Sequence record: SRR31156797_144 | Reading direction: 5' to 3' (one strand) | Length of the DNA: 49,821 nt | Shown: positions 49,482 through 49,821 of the stretch, in pieces | How positions within the stretch are numbered: position 1 is the stretch's first letter | Layout: each line of letters opens with the position of its first letter | Program-made: the position numbers and the translations under genes | Notes under the pieces: generated by a model | What the model was told of the DNA's origin: nothing | The model's input: only the letters and a program-made list of their open reading frames with translations | Database searches by the model: none

Positions 49482-49820
49482 TTATTCTACAGTAACTGAT
49501 TTAGCCAAATTTCGAGGCTGATCAACATTACAACCACGCAATACCGCAATGTAATATGAAATCAACTGGAAAGGTACAACAGTTAATAAAGGAGCTAATG
49601 CTTCCAAAGTTTCCGGAATTTCAATAACATAATCAGCCATTTCACCAATTACAGTATCTCCTTCCGTTACAATCGCAATAACATGACCTTTACGCGCTTT
49701 TACCTCCTGAATATTACTTACAATTTTCTCGTAAGATTTATCTTTGGTTGCAGCAACAAATACTGGCATGTGCTCATCAATCAAAGCAATTGGTCCGTGT
49801 TTCATTTCTGCAGCAGGATA
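49482..49820 (-). CDS. glmS: Glutamine--fructose-6-phosphate aminotransferase, C-terminal fragment (5' part outside the window)
   Basis: [41 protein letters not shown]-terminus. Confidence 0.97.
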   Translation of the reverse strand, partial: YPAAEMKHGPIALIDEHMPVFVAATKDKSYEKIVSNIQEVKARKGHVIAIVTEGDTVIGEMADYVIEIPETLEALAPLLTVVPFQLISYYIAVLRGCNVDQPRNLAKSVTVE

Positions 49821-49821
49821 T

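Noticed and set aside
1-49821. CRISPR arrays, tRNA/rRNA genes, IS elements, prophage genes
   Set aside because: None recognised; the intergenic spaces are short and lack repeat-spacer periodicity or cloverleaf motifs.

Overview
AT-rich, gene-dense chromosomal segment of a Bacteroidota bacterium. This is inferred from TAnnTTTG -7 promoter motifs, a SusC/SusD pair and T9SS/gliding genes; a Marinifilaceae-like origin is plausible but not provable here. Most of the window is core genome: the 5' end of class II ribonucleotide reductase (nrdJ), waaA, an unannotated 1149-aa outer-membrane protein, a Cof/HAD hydrolase, sprE(porW)-porX-tsaE-alanine dehydrogenase-like, mrp, ATL, trmB, gldH, ricT, holB, pgk, pepC, yraN, ldcA, metG, an HU/SPOR protein, galE, rfbB and the 3' end of glmS. 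Accessory parts are a 1659-aa multi-domain surface protein, a LuxE-like gene, a GntR-galK-galT-Na+/sugar symporter cluster, and an ECF sigma/FecR/SusC/SusD/HExxH-lipoprotein uptake locus. No tRNA, rRNA, CRISPR array or transposase was recognised. The most interesting signals are: (i) a complete candidate antisense sRNA (promoter, two plus-strand-favoured hairpins, U-tract) in the fecR-susC spacer, overlapping an in-frame amber-terminated MKKNRK uORF; (ii) a possible half-size SprA-like barrel near T9SS genes; (iii) an adhesin that lacks a T9SS CTD but ends in a short Pro-rich tail; (iv) an AlaDH paralog with altered catalytic residues; (v) DnaA boxes and a hairpin upstream of nrdJ; (vi) a direct-repeat operator for the gal GntR. 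All calls come from motif recognition by eye; no searches were run.
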